A stretch of DNA of 64,000 nt from Eledone cirrhosa. Lineage: Eukaryota. Below, one piece after another: positions 13,179 to 28,087 of this stretch. The position numbers and the translations under genes were made by a program. The notes below the pieces were generated by a model, which was not told where the DNA came from, ran no database searches, and saw nothing but the letters and a program-made list of their open reading frames with translations. Positions within the stretch are counted from its first letter, which is position 1. Every line of letters begins with the position of its first letter. The stretch is taken from assembly GCA_964016885.1 (NCBI GenBank), contig OZ024741.1:248434001-248498000 (forward strand), in the 5' to 3' direction.

Positions 13179-13220
<42 letters not shown>

Positions 13221-14700
13221 GTGTTAAACGATATTCAATGATTATGTCAAAGAATGAGTTTTACAGTAGATTGAAAGCACTCTACGGAAAATAATTTTCC
13301 GGAGTTATTAATATTAAAATATAAATATTAATAAAATAAAATACATTTTTGATCTATTTTAAATTTTAAATTTTAGTTTAATACCCAATCCATAAATTTT
13401 TATGAAACTTATCTATAACTGTAAATTTTTAATGAGTTTTTGATCTCTTATTTATAGTATAATATAGTATATGCATATACTTCTTTTAAATATATTTACT
13501 GCACTTTAAAATATAAAATTTAGGACAGATTCAAACTTATATATAAATGTGAATTTTTGCTGCGCTTTTGATCTCTTATTTATAATATAATGTATTATAA
13601 TATGTATGTAGTTATATATTATATTTTATATATTCTTAAATATTCTTAAATATACCTACCACATTTCTATATATATGATTCAAATATAGTGAAAATATCC
13701 AAACTAAACATTATTATAGACTTTATTTTGAACTCTGAATTATCCATGCACTCATTATTGTTTCTCTTATATATATATCTGTGTATGTAACAAGTTGAAC
13801 TCTACTTTATAAAATTATAACTGTTATCATTTACCTAAAGTATACTACACTACTAATACTTAATATATATCTATATATATACCTCCCTATATCTAATAAT
13901 ATATTGATATCTTGGTTGAAGAATAATTAGTACATTTACACCCAATTATATATAGGTGTATATTTATCCTTAACATGCTTCAATCTATTATCTTATTTTA
14001 TTTTTATCTTCGTCGTTATTATTTACCTTAAACATACTGGCTTATTAATATATACCTATATACATAATAGTTATTTAAATATTTATAACGATAAGTACTT
14101 CAAAAGCTTTACATACCTAATATGTTGATATTTTTGTTAAAGTTTAAATTTAGGTAAATAATCAACAGTATAATATTTCATCTTTATGTGCCAGCTAAAT
14201 CCTTTAAATGTTACCCTCATAAAATTCAGACGTTTAGGAATGATAACACACTTATCGAATTTATAAAAATAATATATAAATAACCAGCAAATAATCCTGA
14301 AATCTGGAGTCTTCACCCTAATATTATAAATTAAATATTTTCAAATTTAACCGTTTAACTTTCGGAAAAAACTACTTCTACATATCCCCCCCCCCCCCCC
14401 CCACACTTTATCTTTCCCTCTTTATAAATCCTTTTCCAGTGGCTATCACTGGCTGTTATGATTCATGAAACGTTTTCATAGATATATCATACATTTTCAT
14501 AGAAGTATCATACATTTTAAAAACTTTTAGAACAGTTACAATAAGCAACGTTTTTTCTTACTCACACATTCTCTAATGAATTTATTACGTTTTCGCATTT
14601 TCTCATAATTAGGCTATATAAGTAAAATTTTCTCTCGGGTTAATCACTACCTTGATTAAATCTTAACCATTTAACATCTAAGGGTATGTCATGTATCATT

Positions 14701-14757
14701 ATATTTTGTCTGATGAGGACGTACTATTGTACATCCGAAATATGTATAATAAAATGT
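14701..14757 (+). ncRNA. Minimal type I hammerhead ribozyme
   Basis: AUUUUGU-CUGAUGA-GGACGUAC-UAUU-GUACAUCC-GAAA-UAUGUA-UA-AUAAAAU. Confidence 0.75.
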
Positions 14758-14796
14758 AATTGATCAAAAGAACATCTATTTTATTAATATTTATAG

Positions 14797-14839
<43 letters not shown>

Positions 14840-14971
14840 GGAGGTGAGTTTTATTGTAGTACAATAAAGCAATGCAGATATCGGATAAGAAGCACTCTAC
14901 AGTTTGTAGGACTGGAGTATACATAATATATAAGATCAAAAGATGGTTAAAACCTTCATATCATGTCTTCC

Positions 14972-15045
14972 TATTTTATCATCTGATGAAAACACAAATG
15001 TTATTGCATGATGATATTTGTTTTTGAAATGCGCATAATAAAATA
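14972..15045 (+). ncRNA. Type I hammerhead ribozyme inside a short inverted-repeat element
   Basis: UAUUUUAU(CAU)-CUGAUGA-AAAC...GUUUUU-GAAA-UGCGCA-UA-AUAAAAUA. Flanking inverted repeat ~14924-14953 / 15056-15085. Confidence 0.65.
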
Positions 15046-15075
15046 CATGGAACGCTTTTAACCATCTTTTGATCT

Positions 15076-15110
<35 letters not shown>

Positions 15111-15113
<3 letters not shown>

Positions 15114-16153
15114 ATTTACATATACATAAACTAGACAAAGTCATAGATATAGATATATATGTGTTTTTGGCGACCATTCACGATTTGGCTCAATGACGAA
15201 TTAATTAATTAAATAATCAACAATCAGAGCAATATACAATAAAGTATGTCCATAGAATTATTTGATAAAATATATACACCATCTCCTCTCCCAATCAGCA
15301 TAATCAACCACACTTAAACAAGGCGATAAGATTAAAAAGGCACCTATGAAGAAATAATAGATAAATAAACGACAGCTATCTATCCGCGATCAAACAGCTA
15401 TAGAATATTTACCCAGCATTTCTAATAGCACGTGGAAATCGATTAAATATCTCGTCAAACATACACAATTAGGTATAAAATCAAAGTTAGAAGAAAAATG
15501 TATATAAGCATACCAAAATTATGTTTCTACCCCCACGAGGTTTCATTCGCTATGACTTTGTCTAGTTTATGTATATGTAAATCTTTATATTTGATAATCT
15601 CCTATATAGTTGAGATGCAATTTAGGCAGTATTGGGCTGCGCTTTCTAGCAACCAGCCCACTCGCCGTAAGGCACCAATCACATTCTTTCTGACTTGACC
15701 ACTGCCACGTCATAGTTCTTAGCCATTTTGAATTCGTTTCTGGCGGGGATCATTTAAGAAAAATCTTCGTCAAGTGAGTTTGTTTCCTGCTGATTTCGAA
15801 ACTCGTGAATTTATCCTTGATCGGATATTTCCAAAAAGCGAATGAAATCTCGTGGGTAGAAACATAATTTTGGTATGCTTACACACATTTTTTCTTCTAA
15901 CTTTGATTTTATACCTAATTGTGTATGGTTGACGATATATTTAATCGATTTCCACGTGCTATTAGAAATGGTGGGTAAATATTCTATAGCTGTTGATCGC
16001 GGATAGATAGCTGTCGTTTATTTATCTATTATTTCTTCATAGGTGCCTTTTAATCTTATAGCCTGGTTTAATTGTTTTTTTGTGTGTTGATTATGCTGAT
16101 TGGGAGAGGAAATGATGTATATAATTTATCAAATAATTCTATGGACATACTTT

Positions 16154-16160
<7 letters not shown>
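15111..16160. mobile_element. (TA)n-flanked fold-back element with nested inverted repeats
   Basis: 15111-15146 is inverted at ~15550-15590; ~15235-15540 is inverted at ~15850-16160. Homologous element at 47117-48072. Confidence 0.65.
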
Positions 16161-16192
<32 letters not shown>

Positions 16193-16194
<2 letters not shown>

Positions 16195-16235
16195 TAGCAG
16201 AATGGCCCGGCGTTGCTCGGGATTTGCTCTAGTGT
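16193..16235 (+). mobile_element. Helitron/Helentron-like terminus
   Basis: ACTAGCAGAATGGCCCGGCGTTGCTCGGG hairpin directly after (TA)n. Similar start at ~7624. Confidence 0.4.
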
Positions 16236-16410
16236 TCTTATATATTTGATATATATTTATCCTTATCGACCCTCGTGAAATAAATACGTTTGTATATATT
16301 TTGTTATTGTGTATGCAAAAATATCTGTACAGGATATCTATCCAGGAAGCTCCAACCGTTAAGGTTGTCTTTATCCGGGTATGTCAATATTTATTTATAA
16401 AAGAAATCTG

Positions 16411-16475
16411 TATTTTATCTGATGAAAGCGCACCATAATTGCCTTGGTTGCCCTTGAAATATATATAATAAAATA
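16411..16475 (+). ncRNA. Minimal type I hammerhead ribozyme
   Basis: UAUUUUAU-CUGAUGA-AAGCGCACCA...UGGUUGCCCUU-GAAA-UAUAUA-UA-AUAAAAUA. Same family as 46847-47021. Confidence 0.7.
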
Positions 16476-16509
16476 AATATGGTTTTATAAATATAGTTTC
16501 CATTTATTA

Positions 16510-16551
<42 letters not shown>

Positions 16552-16557
16552 CATATC

Positions 16558-16627
<70 letters not shown>

Positions 16628-16810
16628 CATATCTATATGTATATATATATATTATATGTATATATATATGCAGACACCATATATATTCAGACACCAGACA
16701 ATATATATACATACACAGACGTACACACACATACATATGCAATATATCTATATCTCTCTCTCTATATATATACATATATATATATATGTGTATGTGTGTG
16801 TAAGAGAGGG

Positions 16811-16841
<31 letters not shown>

Positions 16842-16850
16842 GAGAGAACT

Positions 16851-16883
<33 letters not shown>

Positions 16884-17319
16884 AGAAGTAGGGAGAGAGT
16901 AATAACCCTGTGTTCTACCAAATGTTAACTCGCTCCTGACAACATGTCTGTTTTCTTATCTAAACGACGCCATTTAAACACGCCAGTATATCCTCATTAT
17001 TAGTATATATACAAACCCCGGTTTGAGTTTATTTATACATCGCTTTATCCGCTACCCTACCAACTGACCTTCAACCCCGCAACTAACCATCACCGTTACC
17101 ATCACCATCACCTTCGTATCACCGCTATATACATATAATTTTGCTTTATCTTGTTGTTATTGTTATGATTCTTATTAAGGTTTAGTGGTCATCATGGTGA
17201 TTGTGAAGACTACGTGGCTAGTGCTAATGATGATGATGATGATGATGTAAGTATGTTGGTGTATATATAGTACAGACAATGGATTGTTTTATGTTGACTT
17301 AGAAAGGTAATATAAATAA

Positions 17320-18154
<835 letters not shown>

Positions 18155-18249
18155 GTGTATGTATGTAAGTATGTATATCACAAAGAAATTGGGTCTAAAT
18201 ATATCAAACTAAAGAAGCAAAATCGAGACCTTCGGCAATAACACACAAT

Positions 18250-18385
<136 letters not shown>

Positions 18386-18386
18386 T

Positions 18387-18420
<34 letters not shown>

Positions 18421-18521
18421 TACGTTACCATTCAGATATAGTGATTCTGTTCACAATTTTGTTAATCAATGGAAACATTGTTACACAGAAATAGAAACCA
18501 CGTGTATCGTGAGAACAGGAT

Positions 18522-18796
18522 GCATACATACATAAATGCATACATACATACATACATACATATATACATACATACATACATACATACTTACATACATGCG
18601 TACATACATACATACATACATACATACATACATACATACATACATACATACATACATACGTACGTACGTACGTACATACATACATACATACGTACATACA
18701 TACATACATGCGTACATACATACATACATACATACATGCGTACATACATACATACATACATACATACATACATACATACATACATACATACATACA
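18522..18796. repeat. (CATA)n microsatellite with CATGCGTA/CGTA variants
   Basis: Direct sequence. Confidence 0.95.
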
Positions 18797-19288
18797 TGGT
18801 GGCTGCCAACTCGTTTTCGAGTACGGCCACTACTTTATATCCATGTAGGAGAACCCCTACCGATGCGCTGAACGAATGTGACTTTTTAGTCCAGCCAGCG
18901 ACTTGAAAACTCTGGTACAAAGACTACACTTGTGACCATTATTGACACATAATGCAGGGCCCATGGTACCATGTGATGACAAGTGCAGAGAGATCTCCAG
19001 ATATAAAGCAATGCCTGTGCTGTGAAGCTTTTATAGTGAGCAAAGGCACTGCACAAAGCCAGTCCCACTCTCTTAACCAAGATGATATTTACCAAAAAGA
19101 AGAACAAGTCAACATCATTGGATACCATCAGGGTTGCAGGTGTTATATCAGAGTTTTCCTTCTCCTAGAATTCTGCCTTGACAAAGGCTAAGGGGTCATC
19201 TCTCCCGGTGATTTTGGATGGCTATTGAGTCTTAAGAGCTCCCTTGCCCTTTGACAGGTTTTGTTTTTAGTCCTGCAGGATGTCCAAA
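18797..19288 (-). mobile_element. RTE-derived non-autonomous element, 5'-truncated copy
   Basis: Reverse complement of ~6241-6739; both ends abut (CATA)n. Confidence 0.8.
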
Positions 19289-19324
19289 CATACATACATA
19301 CATACATACATACATACGTACATA

Positions 19325-21868
19325 CAGTTTATCGCAGCTTCGGAGGCAAAAGCTCAATCCCTGTAAACGACACCCCTTCAAAAGAACAGGTTGAGAACTA
19401 CTGGAGATCTGTATGGGAAACGGATGACGGATTCAACAGACAAGCTAATTGGCTAAAACAACTGGAACAGGACTACTGCCAACATGTCCAGACAAAACAA
19501 TATGACATAGATGGGTCAATACTGGAAACAGCTCTACAGAAAATGTCGAATAGGAAATCGCCAGGCCCAGACCTCATTACAGGATACTGGTTGAAGAATT
19601 TCACTTTCTATCGGCAAGATCTCATACGGCTGTTTACAGAAACCATTAAGGGCACACAAGAACTGCCCAGATGGTTATCAACTGCCACTACTCTCCTCAT
19701 TCCCAAAAATAGCCAAACCACCCTTGCTAAAAATTACCGCCCAATTGCCTGCCAAAACATCATGTATAAATTATATACTGGGTGCCTTAACCTGTTCTTA
19801 CAGGATCACTGTGCTACCAACAACATCATAACAGCTGAGCAAGCTGGTGGAAAGAGGGAGGTGTGGGGTTGCATAGATCACCTACTAACTAACAAAATGA
19901 TTCAGGAAAAAACAACAAAGAATCGCAGAAACATGACTGTCGTGTGGCTGGACTATCAAAAAGCATTTGATAGTGTACCTCATGGGTGGATTATTAAGGC
20001 TTTACAGTTAGCTAAAGTCCCACAACCATTAGTAGCTGCTGTTGAACGCCTGACCAAGAACTGGTACACCAATTTGATCCTTAGAGGTGAGAAGGAGCAG
20101 GTTAAGACTGGTAGGATACATTACCAGAAGGGCATCTTTCAGGGTGATAGCTTGTCAGTACTACTCTTCGTTCTCTCACTGAATCCACTATCTTACCTAC
20201 TCAGGAAACAAGGTGGACAAAGAAGTGGGCCCAGAAGTATCTCCCATCTTTTCTTTGTTGATGACCTGAAGTTGTATGGGCCAAATATCAATGACATCAA
20301 GAAACAATTGGACCTCATTACACAATTTTCAACCGACATCAAAATGAAATTTGGTGAGTCCAAGTGTGCATATTTGGCAGTAAAACGTGGAAGAGCTGTG
20401 CCCTCCTCTAGAAATCTAGATATGAACGGCCTGACAATACAACCTCTGCAGTCAGGTGACAACTACAGATATCTTGGACAGGATGAGAATGTCAGATATG
20501 ATGGACCCATAAATAAGGAGAGAACCAGAACTGAATACCTCAGAAGAGTAAAAAAAATATGGTCATCAGAACTGTCAGCATACAACAAATACATTGCCCA
20601 CAATACCTATGCTGTGCCAATTCTAACGCCAACATTTGGCCTACTGAACTGGTCATTGCAAGAACTAAGTGAGATGGATGTTAGAACTCGCAAACTTCTC
20701 AGTGTTACTGGGAACTTTAACATCAATGGTGATGTGGATAGGCTATACTTCTCACGCAAGGAAGGTGGCCGGGGTCTAAAATCAATATTAACAACATATG
20801 AGACCCGGATAGTAACACTGAAGCAACACCTTCAACAGAGGAAAAAGGTTGGCGACCATCTTGCTCAGGTTTATGAGCATGAAAAAAGAAATATCATTAG
20901 AATAGCGACTGATCTGGAGGAGAGATATGGAATAAAGCCTGATATAAATCTCTCACCCAGAGAAATCGGAAGATCCTATTCAATGTTCAAACAAGAAAAA
21001 AAAATTGACCAATTTACAGAGAAAGTTGTGCATGGATACTTGAGGCGTAAAACACAGACCATAGAGGGGATAAACCACTCAAAAAGCCTGGCATGGAGTT
21101 CCGACAAGTTTATGACATCACACCTTGAGGGATATCTCTATGCAATACAGGAACAAGAACTCCCTACCAAATATCTGCTGCACAAAAGAGGAGGGCCAGC
21201 AGCTGACAATAAATGTAGGCTATGTAAAACAAAGATCGAGGATGTAAGCCACATTGTTGCCAGCTGCGAAAGAATGTCATCTCGCTACTACCTCCCCATG
21301 AGACACGATGGGATAGCTAGAACTATCTGGAACGCACTTCGGAAAACAAAATTAACAACAAACGAGGAAGAATATATTGAGACAGATGGCACTAAGGAAT
21401 ACTGGTGGAACCTGAAAATAAAAACTGCCACCAAATTAAAGCACAACCGGCCTGATATTGTAGTTTGGGACCACACATTGAAAACGTGTTCTGTTGTGGA
21501 GATCAGCTGCCCACTTGATGTAAACGTTGTCAGAAAAATACAGGAGAAGGAGGACATCTACGGACCATTGATGAGGAGCTTACAAATCCAGTATCCAAGA
21601 TACACCTTTAGCTTCATACCCATCATTATTGGTGCTACGGACTATATACCAACCCGCTTGGACCAAAGTATGACCGAACTTGGATTTGCGGACAAAAAGC
21701 GCAGCTCCCTAATTCATAGTCTACAAATGGCTGCGATAGCTGGCACCTTCAAAATATGCAAAACATTCTTGCGATTCAAGGCATGACAATTTCTTTTCTT
21801 TTACAACCTTGCCACCAGGAAGGTGGCCGGTCAAAAAAAATATACTCGAAATTAAGAGAAAGAGAAAA
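19325..21868 (+). mobile_element. R4/Dong-like non-LTR retrotransposon, 5'-truncated copy A
   Basis: RT motifs YRPIAC, DYQKAFDSVPH, GIFQGDSLS, FVDD, YLG; CxxC..H..C, RHD, PD..E..K endonuclease. Begins at (CATA)n-CAGTTT and ends AAGAGAAAA-(CATA)n. Confidence 0.9.
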
Positions 21869-21901
21869 CATACATACATACATACATACATACATACATA
21901 C

Positions 21902-24900
21902 AATGTGAGTGACAGACCATACAACACTAGAGTCAGTAAAGAACCCACTAAATTGGAATTGGAAGCGGTGAACGAAATAGCTGGCAGTTATCTGAAGGCT
22001 ATACGATCTAAAGGTGTAGAAACGACATTTGAAACGCTTAATGTTTTGTTATATGTTTCAGCTGTCACATTGCTATCATATAACACACATCTAAAACCAC
22101 GCAATCGAGATACAAGCAGAAAGCCTGAACCAGCGTGGATGCGAAATTTAAAAACCAAAATTTTGTCCCTTAGACGAAGTATCTCACACATCGCAGTCGT
22201 TATGAAATGCAACATAGAGAGCAACTTCACACGACACCAGGAAGACCTAAAGAAAAAGTTAGAGAGACGATTTGGAGATACAAAATTTAAAACTTTGAAC
22301 TCCAAATTACACCAGTTGAAACAGCAACTCACAGCTACAACAGAAAGACTAAAATATAAGTCAACAGCACATAAACAACAAGTGCTAAATAGAATGTTTG
22401 CCAGAGATCCTAAATAAGTTTATCGCAGCTTCGGTGGCAAAAGCTCAATCTCTGTAAATGACACCCCTTCAAAAGAACAGGTTGAGAGCTACTGGAGATC
22501 TGTATGGGAAACGGATGACGGATTCAACAGACAAGCTAATTGGCTAAAAGAACTGGAACAGGACTACTGTCAACATGTCCAGACAAAACAATATGACATA
22601 GATGGGTCAATACTGGAAACAGCTCTACAGAAAATGTCGGATAGGAAATCGCCAGGCCCAGACCTCATTACAGGATACTGGTTGAAGAATTTCACTTTCT
22701 ATCGGCAAGATCTCATACGGCTGTTTACAGAAACCATTAAGGGCACACAAGAACTGCCCAGATGGTTATCAACTGCCTCTACTCTCCTCATTCCCCAAAA
22801 TAGCCAAACCACCCTTGCTAAAAATTACCGCCCAATTGCCTGCCAAAACATCATGTATAAATTATATACTGGGTGCCTTAACCTGTTCTTACAGGATCAC
22901 TGTGCTACCAACAACATCATAACAGCTGAGCAAGCTGGTGGAAAGAGGGAGGTGTGGGGTTGCATAGATCACCTACTAACTAACAAAATGATTCAGGAAA
23001 AAACAACAAAGAATCGCAGAAACATGACTGTCGTGTGGCTGGACTATCAAAAAGCATTTGATAGTGTACCTCATGGGTGGATTGTTAAGGCTTTACAGTT
23101 AGCTAAAGTCCCACAACCATTGGTAGCTGCTGTTGAACGCCTGACCAAGAACTGGTACACCAGTTTGATCCTTAGAGGTGAGAAGGAGCAGGTTAAGACT
23201 GATAAGATACATTACCAGAAGGGCATCTTTCAGGGTGATAGCTTGTCAGTGCTACTCTTCGTTCTCTCACTGAATCCACTATCTTACCTACTCAGGAAAC
23301 AAGGTGGACAAAGAAGTGGGCCCAGAAGTATCTCCCATCTTTTCTTTGTTGATGACCTGAAGTTGTATGGGCCAAATATCAATGACATCAAGAAACAATT
23401 GGACCTCATTACACAATTTTCAACCGACATCAAAATGAAATTTGGTGAGTCCAAGTGTGCATATTTGGCAGTAAAACGTGGAAGAGCTGTGCCCTCCTCT
23501 AGAAATCTAGATATGAACGGCCTGACAATACAACCTCTGCAGTCAGGTGACAACTACAGATATCTTGGACAGGATGAGAATGTCAGATATGATGGACCCA
23601 TAAATAAGGAGAGAACCAGAACTGAATACCTCAGAAGAGTAAAAAAAATATGGTCATTAGAACTGTCAGCATACAACAAATACATTGCCCACAATACCTA
23701 TGCTGTGCCAATTCTAACGCCAACATTTGGCCTACTGAACTGGTCATTGCAAGAACTAAGTGAGATGGATGTTAGAACTCGCAAACTTCTCAGTGTTACT
23801 GGGAACTTTAACATCAATGGTGATGTGGATAGGCTATACTTCTCACGCAAGGAAGGTGGCCGGGGTCTAAAATCAATATTAACAACATATGAGACCCGGA
23901 TAGTAACACTGAAGCAACACCTTCAACAGAGGAAAAAGGTTGGCGACCATCTTGCTCAGGTTTATGAGCATGAAAAAAGAAATATCATTAGAATAGCGAC
24001 TGATCTGGAGGAGAGATATGGAATAAAGCCTGATATAAATCTCTCACCCAGAGAAATCGGAAGATCCTATTCAATGTTCAAACAAGAAAAAAAAATTGAC
24101 CAATTTACAGAGAAAGTTGTGCATGGATACTTGAGGCGTAAAACACAGACCATAGAGGGGATAAACCACTCAAAAAGCCTGGCATGGAGTTCCGACAAGT
24201 TTATGACATCACACCTTGAGGGATATCTCTATGCAATACAGGAACAAGAACTCCCTACCAAATATCTGCTGCACAAAAGAGGAGGGCCAGCAGCTGACAA
24301 TAAATGTAGGCTATGTAAAACAAAGATCGAGGATGTAAGCCACATTGTTGCCAGCTGCGAAAGAATGTCATCTCGCTACTACCTCCCCATGAGACACGAT
24401 GGGATAGCTAGAACTATCTGGAACGCACTTCGGAAAACAAAATTAACAACAAACGAGGAAGAATATATTGAGACAGATGGCACTAAGGAATACTGGTGGA
24501 ACCTGAAAATAAAAACTGCCACCAAATTAAAGCACAACCGGCCTGATATTGTAGTTTGGGACCACACATTGAAAACGTGTTCTGTTGTGGAGATCAGCTG
24601 CCCACTTGATGTAAACGTTGTCAGAAAAATACAGGAGAAGGAGGACATCTACGGACCATTGATGAGGAGCTTACAAATCCAGTATCCAAGATACACCTTT
24701 AGCTTCATACCCATCATTATTGGTGCTACGGACTATATACCAACCCGCTTGGACCAAAGTATGACCGAACTTGGATTTGCGGACAAAAAGCGCAGCTCCC
24801 TAATTCATAGTCTACAAATGGCTGCGATAGCTGGCACCTTCAAAATATGCAAAACATTCTTGCGATTCAAGGCATGACAATTTCTTTTCTTTTACAACCT

Positions 24901-24959
24901 TGCCACCAGGAAGGTGGCCGGTCAAAAAAAATATACTCGAAATTAAGAGAAAGAGAAAA
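21902..24959 (+). mobile_element. R4/Dong-like retrotransposon, 5'-truncated copy B (premature stop 22415-22417; residual ORF 22634-24877)
   Basis: Near-identical to the full-length copy from AATGTGAGTGAC onward; TCA>TAA nonsense change. Confidence 0.9.
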
Positions 24960-24992
24960 CATACATACATACATACATACATACATACATAC

Positions 24993-27900
24993 AATGTGAG
25001 TGACAGACCATACAACACTAGAGTCAGTAAAGAACCCACTAAATTGGAATTGGAAGCGGTGAACGAAATAGCTGGCAGTTATCTGAAGGCTATACGATCT
25101 AAAGGTGTAGAAACGACATTTGAAACGCTTAATGTTTTGTTATATGTTTCAGCTGTCACATTGCTATCATATAACACACATCTAAAACCACGCAATCGAG
25201 ATACAAGCAGAAAGCCTGAACCAGCGTGGATGCGAAATTTAAAAACCAAAATTTTGTCCCTTAGACGAAGTATCTCACACATCGCAGTCGTTATGAAATG
25301 CAACATAGAAAGCAACTTCACACGACACCAGGAAGACCTAAAGAAAAAGTTAGAGAGACGATTTGGAGATACAAAATTTAAAACTTTGAACTCCAAATTA
25401 CACCAGTTGAAACAGCAACTCACAGCTACAACAGAAAGACTAAAATATAAGTCAACAGCACATAAACAACAAGTGCTAAATAGAATGTTTGCCAGAGATC
25501 CTAAATAAGTTTATCGCAGCTTCGGTGGCAAAAGCTCAATCTCTGTAAATGACACCCCTTCAAAAGAACAGGTTGAGAGCTACTGGAGATCTGTATGGGA
25601 AACGGATGACGGATTCAACAGACAAGCTAATTGGCTAAAAGAACTGGAACAGGACTACTGTCAACATGTCCAGACAAAACAATATGACATAGATGGGTCA
25701 ATACTGGAACCAGCTCTACAGAAAATGTCGGATAGGAAATCGCCAGGCCCAGACCTCATTACAGGATACTGGTTGAAGAATTTCACTTTCTATCGGCAAG
25801 ATCTCATACGGCTGTTTACAGAAACCATTAAGGGCACACAAGAACTGCCCAGATGGTTATCAACTGCCTCTACTCTCCTCATTCCCCAAAATAGCCAAAC
25901 CACCCTTGCTAAAAATTACCGCCCAATTGCCTGCCAAAACATCATGTATAAATTATATACTGGGTGCCTTAACCTGTTCTTACAGGATCACTGTGCTACC
26001 AACAACATCATAACAGCTGAGCAAGCTGGTGGAAAGAGGGAGGTGTGGGGTTGCATAGATCACCTACTAACTAACAAAATGATTCAGGAAAAAACAACAA
26101 AGAATCGCAGAAACATGACTGTCGTGTGGCTGGACTATCAAAAAGCATTTGATAGTGTACCTCATGGGTGGATTGTTAAGGCTTTACAGTTAGCTAAAGT
26201 CCCACAACCATTGGTAGCTGCTGTTGAACGCCTGACCAAGAACTGGTACACCAGTTTGATCCTTAGAGGTGAGAAGGAGCAGGTTAAGACTGATAAGATA
26301 CATTACCAGAAGGGCATCTTTCAGGGTGATAGCTTGTCAGTGCTACTCTTCGTTCTCTCACTGAATCCACTATCTTACCTACTCAGGAAACAAGGTGGAC
26401 AAAGAAGTGGGCCCAGAAGTATCTCCCATCTTTTCTTTGTTGATGACCTGAAGTTGTATGGGCCAAATATCAATGACATCAAGAAACAATTGGACCTCAT
26501 TACACAATTTTCAACCGACATCAAAATGAAATTTGGTGAGTCCAAGTGTGCATATTTGGCAGTAAAACGTGGAAGAGCTGTGCCCTCCTCTAGAAATCTA
26601 GATATGAACGGCCTGACAATACAACCTCTGCAGTCAGGTGACAACTACAGATATCTTGGACAGGATGAGAATGTCAGATATGATGGACCCATAAATAAGG
26701 AGAGAACCAGAACTGAATACCTCAGAAGAGTAAAAAAAATATGGTCATTAGAACTGTCAGCATACAACAAATACATTGCCCACAATACCTATGCTGTGCC
26801 AATTCTAACGCCAACATTTGGCCTACTGAACTGGTCATTGCAAGAACTAAGTGAGATGGATGTTAGAACTCGCAAACTTCTCAGTGTTACTGGGAACTTT
26901 AACATCAATGGTGATGTGGATAGGCTATACTTCTCACGCAAGGAAGGTGGCCGGGGTCTAAAATCAATATTAACAACATATGAGACCCGGATAGTAACAC
27001 TGAAGCAACACCTTCAACAGAGGAAAAAGGTTGGCGACCATCTTGCTCAGGTTTATGAGCATGAAAAAAGAAATATCATTAGAATAGCGACTGATCTGGA
27101 GGAGAGATATGGAATAAAGCCTGATATAAATCTCTCACCCAGAGAAATCGGAAGATCCTATTCAATGTTCAAACAAGAAAAAAAAATTGACCAATTTACA
27201 GAGAAAGTTGTGCATGGATACTTGAGGCGTAAAACACAGACCATAGAGGGGATAAACCACTCAAAAAGCCTGGCATGGAGTTCCGACAAGTTTATGACAT
27301 CACACCTTGAGGGATATCTCTATGCAATACAGGAACAAGAACTCCCTACCAAATATCTGCTGCACAAAAGTGGAGGGCCAGCAGCTGACAATAAATGTAG
27401 GCTATGTAAAACAAAGATCGAGGATGTAAGCCACATTGTTGCCAGCTGCGAAAGAATGTCATCTCGCTACTACCTCCCCATGAGACACGATGGGATAGCT
27501 AGAACTATCTGGAACGCACTTCGGAAAACAAAATTAACAACAAACGAGGAAGAATATATTGAGACAGATGGCACTAAGGAATACTGGTGGAACCTGAAAA
27601 TAAAAACTGCCACCAAATTAAAGCACAACCGGCCTGATATTGTAGTTTGGGACCACACATTGAAAACGTGTTCTGTTGTGGAGATCAGCTGCCCACTTGA
27701 TGTAAACGTTGTCAGAAAAATACAGGAGAAGGAGGACATCTACGGACCATTGATGAGGAGCTTACAAATCCAGTATCCAAGATACACCTTTAGCTTCATA
27801 CCCATCATTATTGGTGCTACGGACTATATACCAACCCGCTTGGACCAAAGTATGACCGAACTTGGATTTGCGGACAAAAAGCGCAGCTCCCTAATTCATA

Positions 27901-28050
27901 GTCTACAAATGGCTGCGATAGCTGGCACCTTCAAAATATGCAAAACATTCTTGCGATTCAAGGCATGACAATTTCTTTTCTTTTACAACCTTGCCACCAG
28001 GAAGGTGGCCGGTCAAAAAAAATATACTCGAAATTAAGAGAAAGAGAAAA
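24993..28050 (+). mobile_element. R4/Dong-like retrotransposon, copy C (residual ORF 25725-27968)
   Basis: Same truncation point and stop as B; period 3091 bp. Confidence 0.9.
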
Positions 28051-28087
28051 CATACATACATACATACATACATACATACATACATAC

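Noticed and set aside
19261-19324. N-terminus of the 841-aa ORF
   Set aside because: Chance read-through from the RTE-derived element and (CATA)n into a truncated copy; not a real start.
20193-21557. Repeated 89-aa antisense ORFs within the R4-like copies
   Set aside because: Shadows of the sense ORF, conserved only because the copies are near-identical.
21809-22417. 202-aa ORF (and its copies) as a separate ORF1 or accessory gene
   Set aside because: Fusion of 3' UTR, CATA spacer and a fragment of the single R4 ORF, ended by a nonsense mutation; copy F shows one continuous ORF.
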